Assembly (NCBI GenBank): GCA_043228905.1
Contig: JBHGNT010000005.1
Span: 22,072,001 to 22,136,000, forward strand
Reading direction: 5' to 3'
DNA length: 64,000 nucleotides
Source of the DNA: Azolla caroliniana
Lineage: Eukaryota; Plantae; Polypodiophyta
Shown here: piece by piece, positions 1 to 11,748 of the stretch
How positions within the stretch are numbered: the stretch's first letter is position 1
Layout of the letters: each line of letters begins with the position of its first letter
Notes under the pieces: model-generated
Seen by the model: the letters and a program-made list of their open reading frames with translations, nothing else
Databases searched by the model: none
Told to the model about the DNA's origin: nothing
Translations under genes and position numbers: made by a program

Positions 1-465
1 AACTTCCCCTTTGGATTTGAAATAAACAATATCATCTTCTAGATTTGCAAAAGGTTGATCTTTATCCAAACAAGCATAGAAGTTAGAATCTTGATGAGGA
101 ATGTAACATCCAACGACAAAAGTGGGTGAATCATTAGGTGTTTCTATTTTGAGCCATATGTAACATTTATGTTCATCATTTTTTATGATTGACACATATT
201 TCTCTATTTCCTTCTTAATCAAACATGCCACCCCTCCTTGTCCTCTTCTTTGTCTTGGATTTTTCTCCCATATCAAAGAGTGTACATTATAGTTTCCTAA
301 ACCTTGAATCCTTTGAGTATCATGCTCCCATGTTTCAACAAGGAGTGCGATATCCGAGTCATCGATGAACTCCTCTATGCCGAATCCCGCATTCCATGGG
401 TATCCATTGCAATTCCAAAAACATAGTCGTATAAGACGTGGTTTAGTCTCATAGGTCACGTGTCC
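1..465 (-). mobile_element. LINE ORF2, N-terminal APE-type endonuclease (runs off the window start)
   Basis: Manual translation gives 155 open codons: LCFWNCNG...LLVETWE...GQGGVACLIK...FVVGCYIP. These match the WN, ETW, GGV and YxP motifs of LINE AP endonucleases. No in-frame ATG. Confidence 0.85.
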
Positions 466-876
466 CTATTTGCCTACATTTCCATCTTTAAGCACATCCT
501 TAGCCTTATTTTTCCTTTCTTCATATGCTTTACGACGGGCATTTTGTTGTGAGATAGTACGATCTTCACTCACAAAGCATTGCATACCTTTGAGGTATAC
601 CCAACTATTTTCGAGTATGATCCGCCGCTTAGTATCATCCGTCATTGTGCATACAATGGGCCTTTCTCCGGATCGAGTAACACCATGTTTCCCAACTCGG
701 TGTGCCCCATATACATTCACATCCGACATCCCGTAATGCATGCTAAAAAATTCACCAATGGCCTTTCCGAGGGAAGCGGGTGTTTCCATACTCTCCTCTT
801 TAATCCCACGGATGACAATGTTCTTTGATCTTCGTTCACGCTCTTTCAATTCTTGGGCATCTATGCTTTCTATATT
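466..876 (-). mobile_element. LINE ORF1 C-terminal part (L1-type RRM-like), 5'-truncated
   Basis: ORF 466..849 has RRSKNIVIRGIKE...AHRVG...RPIV...FVSEDRT, typical of the RRM-type ORF1 of LINEs. It sits directly upstream of the APE frame. The 5' boundary is approximate. Confidence 0.75.
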
Positions 877-1259
877 CAGAGAGAGAATGATGATGACAAC
901 GATATATTATGTGAGAAGAATATACAATGAAGGCTAGGAAGCTTAAGATTGGCGTTGAACCAATTTGGTTCGAAATAATGCCTTGTGCCTCTTTTTATAG
1001 TGTCTCAGGAATAGTCCTGAAGCTTCTAGAATGTTCCAGAGAAATCTTGAAATTATACAATAATTTTCTATAGTAAAATTTAAATGAAAATAATATTTTA
1101 TGTATTACAATAGATAATGTAATGGTCAAGAGCTCGACCCTTATAACAAAAGGTTATGGGTTCGAGTCTTGCCATATCATGATAGGTATATTCTCAAGAT
1201 ATTTCTCGAGTATATTCTAGAGATATTCAATCTCGGAAATTGGATAAATACTTGTAACA
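877..1259 (-). mobile_element. 3' LTR (partial) of an LTR retrotransposon, interrupted by the LINE
   Basis: On the minus strand a polypurine tract GAAAGGGAGCAAGGA (1274-1260) is followed by TGTTACA. TATA-like CTATAAAAAGAG lies at about 1000-989. Confidence 0.6.
1108..1180 (+). promoter_or_regulatory. tRNA-like A-box/B-box module inside the LTR, antisense to it
   Basis: TAATGTAATGG (1115-1125) and GGTTCGAGTCT (1159-1169) are separated by 33 nt, as in tRNA genes. No convincing cloverleaf. Confidence 0.5.
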
Positions 1260-1517
1260 TCCTTGCTCCCTTTCAAGGGATTCAACACTAGTCATTGACA
1301 CATCAATCTAGTATTCTCGTTTCACCTCATCTTTGTCTCCTTGATCTCTATTTCTATCTTCATGCCCTCATGTCGCTCACAACATCTAGAGTTCCTAGCC
1401 TCGTCACATCTAGCTCCAAGTTCATTCGTCGCTCGTAGCCCCATCATATGTGCTGCATCCTAGTCCGTGCTTGGTGTGTCCGTGACACGGAAGTGGTGTC
1501 GGTGTTGGCTTTGCGTC

Positions 1518-1850
1518 CTAGATATTGAAACACCTCACCACCTTTTGGATGTAATCGGATTGGGAGAGCCTGAGAATCTTCTTCATCTGATTTCGCTCTA
1601 TCCGCATGCCCAGGATGTGTCGGGCTTCTTCGAGTTCTTTCATTGAGAATTTCTCATGAAGACTCCGCTTTAGTTTTCCAATTTCTGCTTTATCGTTGCC
1701 GACGATAAGCATGTCGTTGATATATGGGTTAGGTAGATCCGGGACTCATCGGCCAATTACCGGTTGTACATGCATGGGTCGGAGTTTGACCGGTTGTAGC
1801 CAAGTTGCTAGATGTAGGTATCGAACTTCTGATACCACATTCTCAACGCA
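1518..1850 (-). pseudogene. Copia reverse transcriptase fragment
   Basis: RMWYQKFDTYI...NDMLIVGNDKAEI...FSMKELEEARHILGMRIER...LSQ, with stops. Confidence 0.8.
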
Positions 1851-4072
1851 AGAGAAGAAGGTGTTGGGAAACAAGGTCCCTTCAGATGGGAAGAAGAATA
1901 CGAGTCAGACTAGTTGGATCCGGATCCAAATCCAGATCGGTGTCCCAATTGAGTCCGGATAGGCATCCGGAAAAAGCCACATATGTAAATAGGTTTTGTG
2001 CTACATTTGTTTAGGTCATATTTGTAAATAAGCATGAATGTTATAGGAGTATAAATATAACTAGGTCAAAACTTTATGAATATGATCATCATCATTGTAA
2101 GTTGTCTCTATAAGATAGTGAGAGTGATAGCGAGATAGTGAGAGAATCAGAGTGTGTTGTTGCATCTTTGTTGTACCCCCCATCTAGCGAAGAAGACGAG
2201 CCTGAGGTTGTCGTCTGGGAGTCTTTCTGTATTTCCTTTTGCATAGTGAGATAGTTCGGAGTCTGTGGACTCCCATGGTTTTTCCCTATTAGGGTTTTCC
2301 ACGTAAAACATATTGTGTCACTATATTTGTGTATTTTGCTTCCTGTTTTCTATTTGTTCAAATCTTTGCATCAGCATACACTAGAGTAACAACTGGTTGT
2401 GGCTAGCTTCGATCTCAACAAAAGGGAGTGCATTTCGATGAGATTTTTGCCCCGATGGTGAAGATGACATCCATTCGGACGGTGTTGAGCATAACAGCCA
2501 ACATGGATCTCAAAGTCGAATAACTGGATGCCAAGATGGCCTTTTTGCATGGTGATCTTAAAGAGGAGATATATATGCAGGAACTAGAAGAATTCGTCCA
2601 AAAGGGGAAGCAAAACTTGGTATGCCAGTTGAGGAAGAGCCTTTACGGACTGAAGCAGGCTCCCCAACAATGGTACCAGAAGTTCGAATCCTTCATGGCC
2701 GACCAAGGGTACCACAAGATGTAGGCTGACCACTGCATGTTTGTGAAGAAGTTCGACGGATGAGACTTCCTCGTCCTCCTGTTGTACGTGGACGACATGC
2801 TTATTGTTGGATAGGACCATTCAAGAGCGGAATGCTAAAGAAGGCCTTGAGCAGTTTTTTCTCAATGAAGGGTATGGGTCCAACAAGGCAAATCATACGG
2901 ATCACATAATCCAGGATCAAACAAAGAGGTTATTGTGGTTGTCACAAGAGAAGTACGTGACAAAAGTGCTCCAGAGGTTTAGCATGGAAAGCGCGAAGCC
3001 GGTCGGCTCAACATTGCCGTCTAACAGAAAGCTATTCGTGAGAACAATGTATGAAGACAATGACAAAGAAGGCTGAGATCATGAAGGTCCCCTATGCCTC
3101 AGTAGTCGGAATCTAGGCCAGACATTGGATACTCAGTCTGAATCATTAGCTCATTCATGAGCAATCTGGGCAGAAAGAGCATTAGACAATAGTCAAATGG
3201 TTACTCCGGTACCTAAGAGGCACCTCGAGTGTGTGTCTCTGATTTGGCTTAGGTAACCCCTTATTAGAAGGTTGTATTGATTCGGACATGTTCGCTGATG
3301 TGGATACCAACCGGTCCATGTTCGGATACGAAATGACTAATGCAGGAGGAGCCGTATCGTGGCAGTCGATGCTGCAAATGGCCGTGGCATTGTCAACCAC
3401 AAAAACCGAGTACATGGTTGATGTAGAAGTCGGCAAGGAAATAATTTGGATGAAGGAGGTCATCAGAGAGTTAGGGATTCATCAAGAGGAATTCTGACTT
3501 TACTATGACAACCAAAGTGCCATCCATCTTGCAAGGAATGTCGTCTATCACTCCAAGACTTGAAGCATATCTAGAGGAGACACCACTAGCTTAGGGAGAG
3601 GGTAAAAGAAAAGGATTTTGCTCTAATGAAGATCCACACTGAGGAAAACGGATTAGATATGTTGACGAAGGTGTTGCCAGTAGAGAAGCTGAAGCATGCC
3701 GGCAAAGGGGAGTTTGTTAGGAAACAGGTCCCTACGGATGGGAAGGAAAGCATGAGCTAGACTGAAGCCTAAGGAACCAACCGGATGAAGGAGAGTGAGC
3801 CGGATCAGTTTGATCCAATGAAGAAGCAAGACCGGACTCGGATCTGGATCGGATCCGAAGAGGCATCCGAAAAAGGTCATATTTGTAAATAGGTTTTGGC
3901 GTGCCTATTTGGGCCAGAATTATACATAGCCTTAAAGTTGTATTAGTATAAATACAACTAGGGCAAATCACTATGATTAGGGATGTAGGTATAGTTGTTG
4001 TTGGTTGTGGCCTCTGCAATTAAGAGTGAGTAAGTCGAGTAAGAGAGAGAGAGAGAGTAGGTCAACATCAAT
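1849..4072 (+). mobile_element. Decayed Copia (related to element A): RT, RNase H, PPT and partial 3' LTR
   Basis: KKGVHFDEIFAP..., AFLHGDLKEEIYM, GLKQAPQQWY and SWQS..VALSTT in broken frames. The PPT AAAGGGGAG is followed by TGTTAGGAAACAGGTCCC at 3715, the same LTR start as at 57022. Confidence 0.85.
1862..2420 (+). mobile_element. Solo LTR (Copia, element A-like) inserted into RT
   Basis: TG...CA ends and a near-TSD GAAGG/AAAGG. Removing it restores QEKKGVHFDE. It shares motifs with the 57022 LTR (GGAGTCTGTGGACTCCC, GGTTTTCCACGT). Confidence 0.8.
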
Positions 4073-5792
4073 AGAATGTACTAGAACATCTAAAAAATCT
4101 GGTAGTAAATCTGAATCAAATGCTTGGAGTGGAAAGAATGCAAGACAAAATAAATATGATGATAAAAAGGGAAAACAGAAGATGCCAGAATATGAAACGT
4201 TTGATGAAGGATCTAGAAACATGGAAGATGTAGATTCAAATGTATCATTGGATGTTGAGCTGGGTATACGAGCCTTGAAAATCCCTGGTATGGAAAAAAC
4301 ACTGAAGGATGCAAATCAGAAATTGAGAAGATCATATAGAGAGAGAAAAAAACAATTCAAAGATTTGATTATGATACATACATGGCAATGCATTAAAGTG
4401 GTACAAATCCCTGATCCAAATAGTTTTGATGAAGCAAAAGCTAAGAAGAAATGGGTGAATGCAATGCAAGAAGAAATAGATGCATTGGTTGAAAATAAAA
4501 CATGGGATTTGGTAAATTTACCGAAAGGAAAAAATGTTGTGGGTTGCAAATGGGTCTACAAGACAAAGCATGATTCCAATGGAAATGTTAGTAGACATAA
4601 AGCAAGACTTGTGGCAAAGGGATATGCCCAGATGCATGGAATTGATTATGATAAAACATTTGCACCGGTTGCAAAGATGGCAACATTGAGAACACTACTT
4701 GCTGTGAGTACAGCCAAAAGATGGAATCTACACCATATGGATGTAAAAAATGCTTTTTTACATGGTAACTTAGAAGAAGAAGTGTATATGTGTCAACCAC
4801 CAGGTTTTGAAGATAAGAAGTATCCAAAATATGTTTGTAAGCTGAAAAAGGCTCTCTACGAACTAAAACAAGCACCGAGGGCATGGCATAAGGAACTTTT
4901 AGAATCTTTGAAAAAAATTGCTTTCAAAATGTCAAAGGCTAATTCCATCATTGTATGTAAAAAGGATAAATGATTGCATTGTTGTTATTTTGATTTATGT
5001 TGATGATTTAATCATTGGAGGTGATTCCATGGATGAAATAAGCAAGCTGAAAAAAAATCTTGAAATGCAATTTCATATGAAGGATTTGGGAGAGCTGAGA
5101 TACTTTCTTGGCATTGAGATGATCAGATCTGAAAGTGGTATATATATGTTGCAAAAACAATATGCAACAACTATGTTGAAGAAGTATGGTATGCTTGGAT
5201 GCAAACCTATTGTTGTACCACTAGATAAGAACTACAAACTGAGGGCTGATTTGGGAGCCAAAATAGAAGATGTAAACATGTACATGTCTATGGTGGGCAG
5301 CCTCATACAGTTGACTATAACAAGACCTGATCTAAGTTATGTTGTTGGATTAGTCGGCCAGTTTATGCAACAGCCAACAAAGCCACATTTGGCCTGCATT
5401 AGAAGAATCTTGAGGTATGTAAAAGCTACTCAGAACTATGGATTGTTTTACAAGGCTGATCTGGACATAAAGTTGGAAGGGTATACAGATGTTGATTGGG
5501 TTGGAAGCCAAACTGTTAGAAGATCCACATGTGGATATATGTTTACATTGGGAAGTGCGGTTATTTCATGGAGTAGCAAGAAACAAGTTATTGTTGCATT
5601 ATCAAGTACTGAAGCCTAATATAGAGGATCTGCAATAGCCACTTGTGAAGAGGTATGGATCATAAGATTTCCTGCTTATTTGGGAGAGTATATAGGTGGT
5701 GCAGTCACAATTTGGGGTGACAATATGAGCAGCATTCAGCTCGCAAAAAACTCAGTGTTCCATGCAAGAACAAAGCACCTAGAAGTGCATGT
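4073..5792 (+). mobile_element. Decayed AT-rich Copia pol fragment (linker, RT, RNase H)
   Basis: ORFs 4005..4973 and 4918..5619 have [28 protein letters not shown] and HARTKHLEVH; one frameshift at about 4945. Confidence 0.9.
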
Positions 5793-6880
5793 GACAAGAA
5801 GTTTGAATCCTTCATGGTGGACCATAGATTCTACAAGACACAAGTTGGCCATCGTGTCTTTGTGAAGAAGTATGAAGGAGGAGACTTTGTGATCCTCCTG
5901 TTGTATGTTGATGATATGCTTATTGTCGGACAAGACTTAAAGAAGATTGCATGTTTAGAAAAGGCCTTGAGCAGGTCTTTTGCAATGAAGGATATGGGTT
6001 CGGCAAAGTAAATTCTGGGAATGCACATTATCCAGGATCGGGCAAAGAACATGGTGTGGTTGTCAGAAGATGTGACAAAAGTGCTCCAGAGATTCCACAT
6101 GCAAGATGTTAAACCGATCGACTCAACATTGCTGACAAATAGCAAGTTGAATGTCAACCAATGTCTAAAGACGAAAAGGGAAAAAGTTGAGGTGAGGAAG
6201 ATTCCATATGCCTTAGTCGTTGAAAGCATGATGTTTGCAATGGTATATACTAGGACGGACATTGCATAAATTATCGGAATGGTCAGTCATGTTGAGTTCA
6301 AGCCTTAGATCTATGAGAAACATGGACTAAAATGCACAATGCGGAACAAGAAAATAACAAAATACACAGTACATAGTATTTTACATGGAAACCCTAAATC
6401 GGGGAAAACCATGGGCAAAAGATCTACACTATACAATAGAGATCAAAGATAGGAAAAACAAATTACAAAGACTCTGTTATCTTAGCAAGTTCCACTAAAT
6501 TGTGCCGCCACACATGCTCACTTGCGTCTCTTCCTACTCTCAGCTACTCTCACTTCTTCTCTCAACTACAGAAGCTCTATACACCTCATTACCCTTATAT
6601 ATTTTCCCTACCTATTCCTATTTATATGAGGGACATGTTATTATTATTATATATCACATATAATAATAATTAATCGGCCCGACTTGTCGGCCTTGTCTTC
6701 GACCATCTGGTCGGCCCGACTAGTCGGCCTTTTCTTAGATACCTAAAAGGCACCTCATGTGTATGCCTAAGATACGGCTCATGTAAACCCATGCTAGAAG
6801 GGTTTACGGACTCTGATATGTTAATTGATGTTGATACCAGCTGATCCACATCTAAGTATGTGATGACCTATATGGGGGGG
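5793..6880 (+). pseudogene. Copia RT fragment (element A-like), interrupted by an LTR
   Basis: LLYVDDMLIVG, FAMKDMG, IPYA...MFAMVYTRTDIA; resumes after 6730 as FLRYLKGT...GFTDSD. Confidence 0.8.
6290..6730 (-). mobile_element. Truncated LTR in antisense orientation
   Basis: Starts TGTTG at 6290 and contains the reverse complement of the element A-type U5 motif (GGAAACCC...GGGAAAACCATGGG). The other end is lost and no TSD is visible. Confidence 0.6.
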
Positions 6881-6890
6881 GGGGGGGGTG

Positions 6891-7040
6891 AACACTCATC
6901 GACTTCTTAACAAAAGCACTCGTCGAGTGTTTGGGAGAGGAGAGAGCAAACACTCGACGAGTGTTTTCGAACCCTAACAAGAGCACTCGTCAAATATTTT
7001 GGAGGGGAAAGGGCAAGCACTTGTCAAGTGTTTGGAGACG
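6891..7040. repeat. Cluster of short palindromic CACTCG(T/A)CGAGTG motifs
   Basis: About 5 variants, including the perfect interrupted palindrome AAACACTCG-A-CGAGTGTTT at 6948-6966. Confidence 0.6.
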
Positions 7041-7389
7041 GGGGCGGGGATGAACCCTAACCCTAACAACATATATGGTGAGGAGTCGCTGTCGCGCGAC
7101 CATAACTATGAAGCGATGGCCGCCAGCCCTAACGGTAACAGAACAACTGGTGATGAGCGGCCGCGAGGTGGGCATAAGTCTGGAGTGACAACAATAGCTA
7201 AGATGAGGGGCAAGGGAGTTTGTAGGGCCCCGATTGTGGAGGTCATGCAAGGGAACTCAGAGCAAAATCGAGGTTAGGTCGCGCCATGAGTGTGGCCTAT
7301 TTGTCCCTTGTCTGGGAGCCTCCTTGTTGCGCTAGCCAATGTGCGTGCGTGCTCCCCGCCATGCTCCTGCCACTACAAGCTCCCTCTAG

Positions 7390-8245
7390 ACATTTACACT
7401 TTATTTATGATAGACTTAAATCAATACCAAGAAACATAAAGCTTTCCACAAATTGTATGTGTTCTCCTATGTATGCAAACTTAAAGCATCACTAAGGTTG
7501 GATGATCTTCAAGCACTACCATTATTTTGATTTTATCCACATGTTGGTGTCACACATAAAAGTAATCAGATAACTCGTAGCATAAGGTTTGGAGCATCTA
7601 ATCCTTCTTGCAACTCTATTCACTACATCTTCCAATTTGCAATTGATACACATCCTTGATTAACCCCCATGTTACTTAAAAAGTAGTCTAATAGTCTATT
7701 GTTAGTCTTTCGTTGGCATCTACCTTGCTCATATAACCAACAATAGCAACTTGATACTCTAATGGCATACAAATTTCCACCATTTTATTCCAAAGCTCAC
7801 CATGTGGTAGTATGTCAAAAGCTTTTTTGAAATCATCAAAACAACAATAGAGTATTTTTCCTTCTAATTGATAATTACGCTTGATTTAACCAAATGGTTC
7901 ACAATGGAGTGTTTTGGTCTAAAACCTGCTTGGCCAATTGCTTTTTTGTTTCTCCTTTCAATCCATACACTTGCCTTTTATTACTCCATGATAGTGCTAT
8001 ACAATTTATCAGTTGTTTAGCTCAATATGATTGTGCGATAATTTGATACATATTCATATCTCTTGCTTTGGGTATTAACTTAATCCAATTCATGAGGCAA
8101 TCATTCAAAAAACCTTGTTTAATAGCTTGACCTATAACAACCATTATCCAATCACGAGCATGTTATCTTGTCCATTTTAAGAGTTCACTTATAATGAGAG
8201 TTGCATTTGTTGCTTTGCCATTAGCCAACTTTTTTGTTCATATCA
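7390..8245 (-). pseudogene. Decayed LINE reverse transcriptase
   Basis: The reverse strand encodes KAIGQAGFRPKHS, LYCCFDDFKKAFD and GVNQGC, with many disruptions. Confidence 0.7.
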
Positions 8246-8361
8246 TCCTCAATATGAACGCATGTATTATAAGGTGTTTCAATGTTCTCAACACATGCAT
8301 TAGATACTTAATCATACTTAATCCTCAATATGAACGCATGTATTATAAGGTGTTTCAATGT
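8245..8361. repeat. 41-bp direct repeat, 2 copies
   Basis: ATCCTCAATATGAACGCATGTATTATAAGGTGTTTCAATGT at about 8245 and 8321. Confidence 0.8.
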
Positions 8362-8555
8362 AATAAATGAGGAGGATGTTGTGATGAAAGATTTTGACAT
8401 ATTTAAATGTGTGATGCTTGATCATGGGATGAACGAAGCATTCATGAGCTATAGGTGTTTCCGTACCCATGGTTTATCAATGGAGACATTGTATGACCAT
8501 TGTTTAGACTTTATAGAAAGGGCAAAAAATGGAAAGTATAACCATTTCAAACTAC

Positions 8556-8680
8556 CTCTAATGCTAATATAGACTTATGATAAAAAGCATAACAATGTCA
8601 AATAGCCTCTTATGCTAATATAGACTTATCTATAAAAAAGCATAACTGTGTCAAAGTACCTCCAACGCTAATATAAAATT
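8556..8680. repeat. ~52-56-bp tandem repeat, about 2.5 copies
   Basis: Recurring CCTC..ATGCTAATATAGACTTAT..AAAAAGCATAAC..TGTCAAA. Confidence 0.65.
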
Positions 8681-11257
8681 TGTGTATGTCAATTGTTGAT
8701 TTTGTTTGCATGTTTAATTATGCTATTAGACAGTGATTTTCAAATTTTTACTTTAAATACTGGATTATAATCATGTTCAATCCTATACACTTTCTCTTTA
8801 TGAAACGTGGTAATGCATAATGTTGAAGCTTAATTTTTTGATTAATGGTTTCCATTACATGCTAAATTAAATAAAGATTTTTATCCACATTAAGCTAATA
8901 TGCATTTTTCCTATTATATGCTTAAATTTGACACTTTCATAGGACTCCATGAGTTTTCCTCCCCCCAACTCTTCCGTGAAGGGGAGAAATGTTCAATGTC
9001 ATGTTGCTTCATTACAAGTTTCTAGCTCAAAACAAGCATATGCCAAAATGCCAACTACATTAACTAACGTGTGACTACATTAACTACTTTACTAGATGCC
9101 ACTTTGGAATGTAGGGGGGTGCGAACTATATCACCTTCTTGTCTCTATTGAACAACTATATAATTGTCTAGGCAAAACAATTGTTGTCATTCCCAATAAC
9201 AAGTACCTTAATATCCCACATAGCATTATTCAGAAATCAGATTGATTCAAAACTTTACCAGTGTTAAAACTCTAAGTAGCATTATGATGGATCACACAAA
9301 AATCAAGCAGTGATATGTATTTATAGGTAAGTCCCCGAGCAATATTGGTTTTCATTTCCTAGAATTGCTCATCTCAAAAGAGAATTTTGTTTCTTCTTTT
9401 AAATCCATTGCATGATTTTATTCCCTTGTGCAAAGTTGTAGCATTCATGATGTGCATGTTGAGATACGCATTATGTTTCTCATTCTAATACAATCCTCCA
9501 CCTCGAAAGAACAAAAATGACAAACATTCTCCCAACAAATCCATTCCATTATTAGCGCATTTGTTTTATTCTAGTAACCATCATCACACACACACACATA
9601 CACACATTTATATATAGTAGCATCATTACATATGTTGAACATTCAACACAAAAATATGTATATGTTTCCCCGAAGTAGCGAATTTTATTAAGTAGACCTA
9701 AATGTTATAGCATGATATATTACTGACATAACTAGCCGATAAATGTTTAGAAACCATATACTCGCAACATTGAATGTACACTCATTTTTATAGGACAACA
9801 TATCTCTAGATGAAAATCTCTTTGGCCATGGTGTGCAAGGGGCTGACTTTTAAGTTATGTGTAATGTGTAATGAGAATTACCTGTTTTATACACAACTTC
9901 ATATAAATGAGAAGATTGTAAGGTGAGCATGTTAAGGTGTTTCGATACAAACATGTCAACAAGTACATATCATGTGCACAAACAATCAATCATGTTTGTT
10001 TAGTTCCTAGTGGTGAGTTTGTAAAACGTTTTGAAGAGATCCTTGGTTCTCTTCTTATAGAAAATAATCAATACTTATGCTTTCTTCCTTTGGCATGTTA
10101 ATTAAATATGTTTTCTTCTCCAAAGGTTGGAAATTATGTACAAGACAACATTACAACTTACAAGTAAAGAAAATGTGAAGCATCAAACCTTCCACACTCA
10201 TAACTCAATAATGCTTGAGTCCTTCATATTGAAAAGAGGCGTACCTTAACTACGACAACATGATTGATACTTGGTAAATTTTCTAGATGAAAAAGAACTA
10301 CTTTTACAAATTATGTGTCTATTTTCCTCTTGCCATAATTCATTGAATATCTTAATCTAAAGCATCAGCTCTACATGTTATGGAGAAAAATACATGTACA
10401 ACAGGCATATCCATTCCTTTTATATTCAATTTATGTGTTTGAAGAAAGAGTGGATATTGTACCAGCATAACAACACTTTTTGCTTTTAAACCAGAGCTAA
10501 TCATACATATGAAGTATCCATAACAACACTTTATGATGACAGATAGGATCTTGCAAACCCACACAAACATGACAAGTGTCGACAATTTGTCCCATAAAAC
10601 TATTAAAAGTGTCCCTTGTATAAATGGTAGTACCAATATATACCCTTGCTAATAATGAATAGTTGGATCTCTTACTTTTTGGTGTGAGGGCATTTTTAAT
10701 AATTTAACACTTTGTTTTTCATTAGGGGCTATATACTATTATTAGGGGTAGAGTTGATATTATCCTTTCTATAAATTCAATACAAAACAATGACCGTTGA
10801 GTCATTAGAGCTAAAACTATGGATATGATTATCTATGGGCAATAATTCTAATGAGTTTGTGAAAAGCATGTGAATAAATTAAACATATAAATGACACTTG
10901 AAATTCACATGAACTCAATGTTAGAAGTAAACAACTAAAAGTATTGTTCATGTATAAATGTTACATACCTAATGTTCAGATTGTCTTAAGATCTTGAAAG
11001 AAAATTGATGGATGTAGGATCTAAATTTCTAGAGGAGCATGACATATGGATTTGGAGATATGAGTCATCCATCGTAGAGGGAACACAGTTTCAATCTAGA
11101 ACAAATATTAGTTGAGGAAATCATTGAGTTTTTCACTTGAATGCTTGCATTTCATTTTCAATCAAAATGTGAAAGGGAGTTGGTTGTTTCAATACTGGTG
11201 GGCACGTCAAGACCCATAATATTGTTCTTCATAATTGTTTATAAACTAACCCATGTC

Positions 11258-11748
11258 CTAGGGTATTTGCATGACATGTTTTGTAGAGTGTTTTTTGGTT
11301 AATTTATGGCGAGCGTACCCATCATAGATGTAAGAGAGGAAACCCCATATAGAAAGGACCATGGAAATACCTTTAAGGAGAGAGAAGGTGTCCCCGAAGA
11401 AGATGATAGCAAGGATAGGGAGGATAGGAATCATGGCAGTCATGAATACACAAGACATAAGGGACGAAGAAAGAAATATGATTCCGGCGCCACCCAATAA
11501 GTACAATTCCCATCCTATGGCCGACCAGAAGAGTGTCATGATATATGCAATGACCCCACTATCAAATTGTGTAGCCTCTTGTCCAATCGCTGAGAAATCA
11601 TTGCTTGCCCACATACCCACAAGGGAGCATATCGATGCTACAATTGAGATGCCGATTTGTACTTCTAAGACTACGGCAAAGCTCTTTCCCCTTTTGTTGA
11701 CACCAACATTATGTTGATTATTGTTATCAAACTCATTGTGTTCATCAC
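11258..11748 (-). CDS. Purine permease (PUP) family transporter, exon 2
   Basis: Acceptor TTGCTAG|GT, phase 1. VVLEVQI...SSSL...WGFLSYIY is the PUP C-terminal half. The joined CDS is 1245 nt (414 aa plus stop). Confidence 0.9.

Noticed and set aside
1828-1837. Apparent iMet PBS (TGGTATCAGA) on the minus strand
   Set aside because: It is the W-Y-Q-K codons of RT and has no adjacent LTR end.
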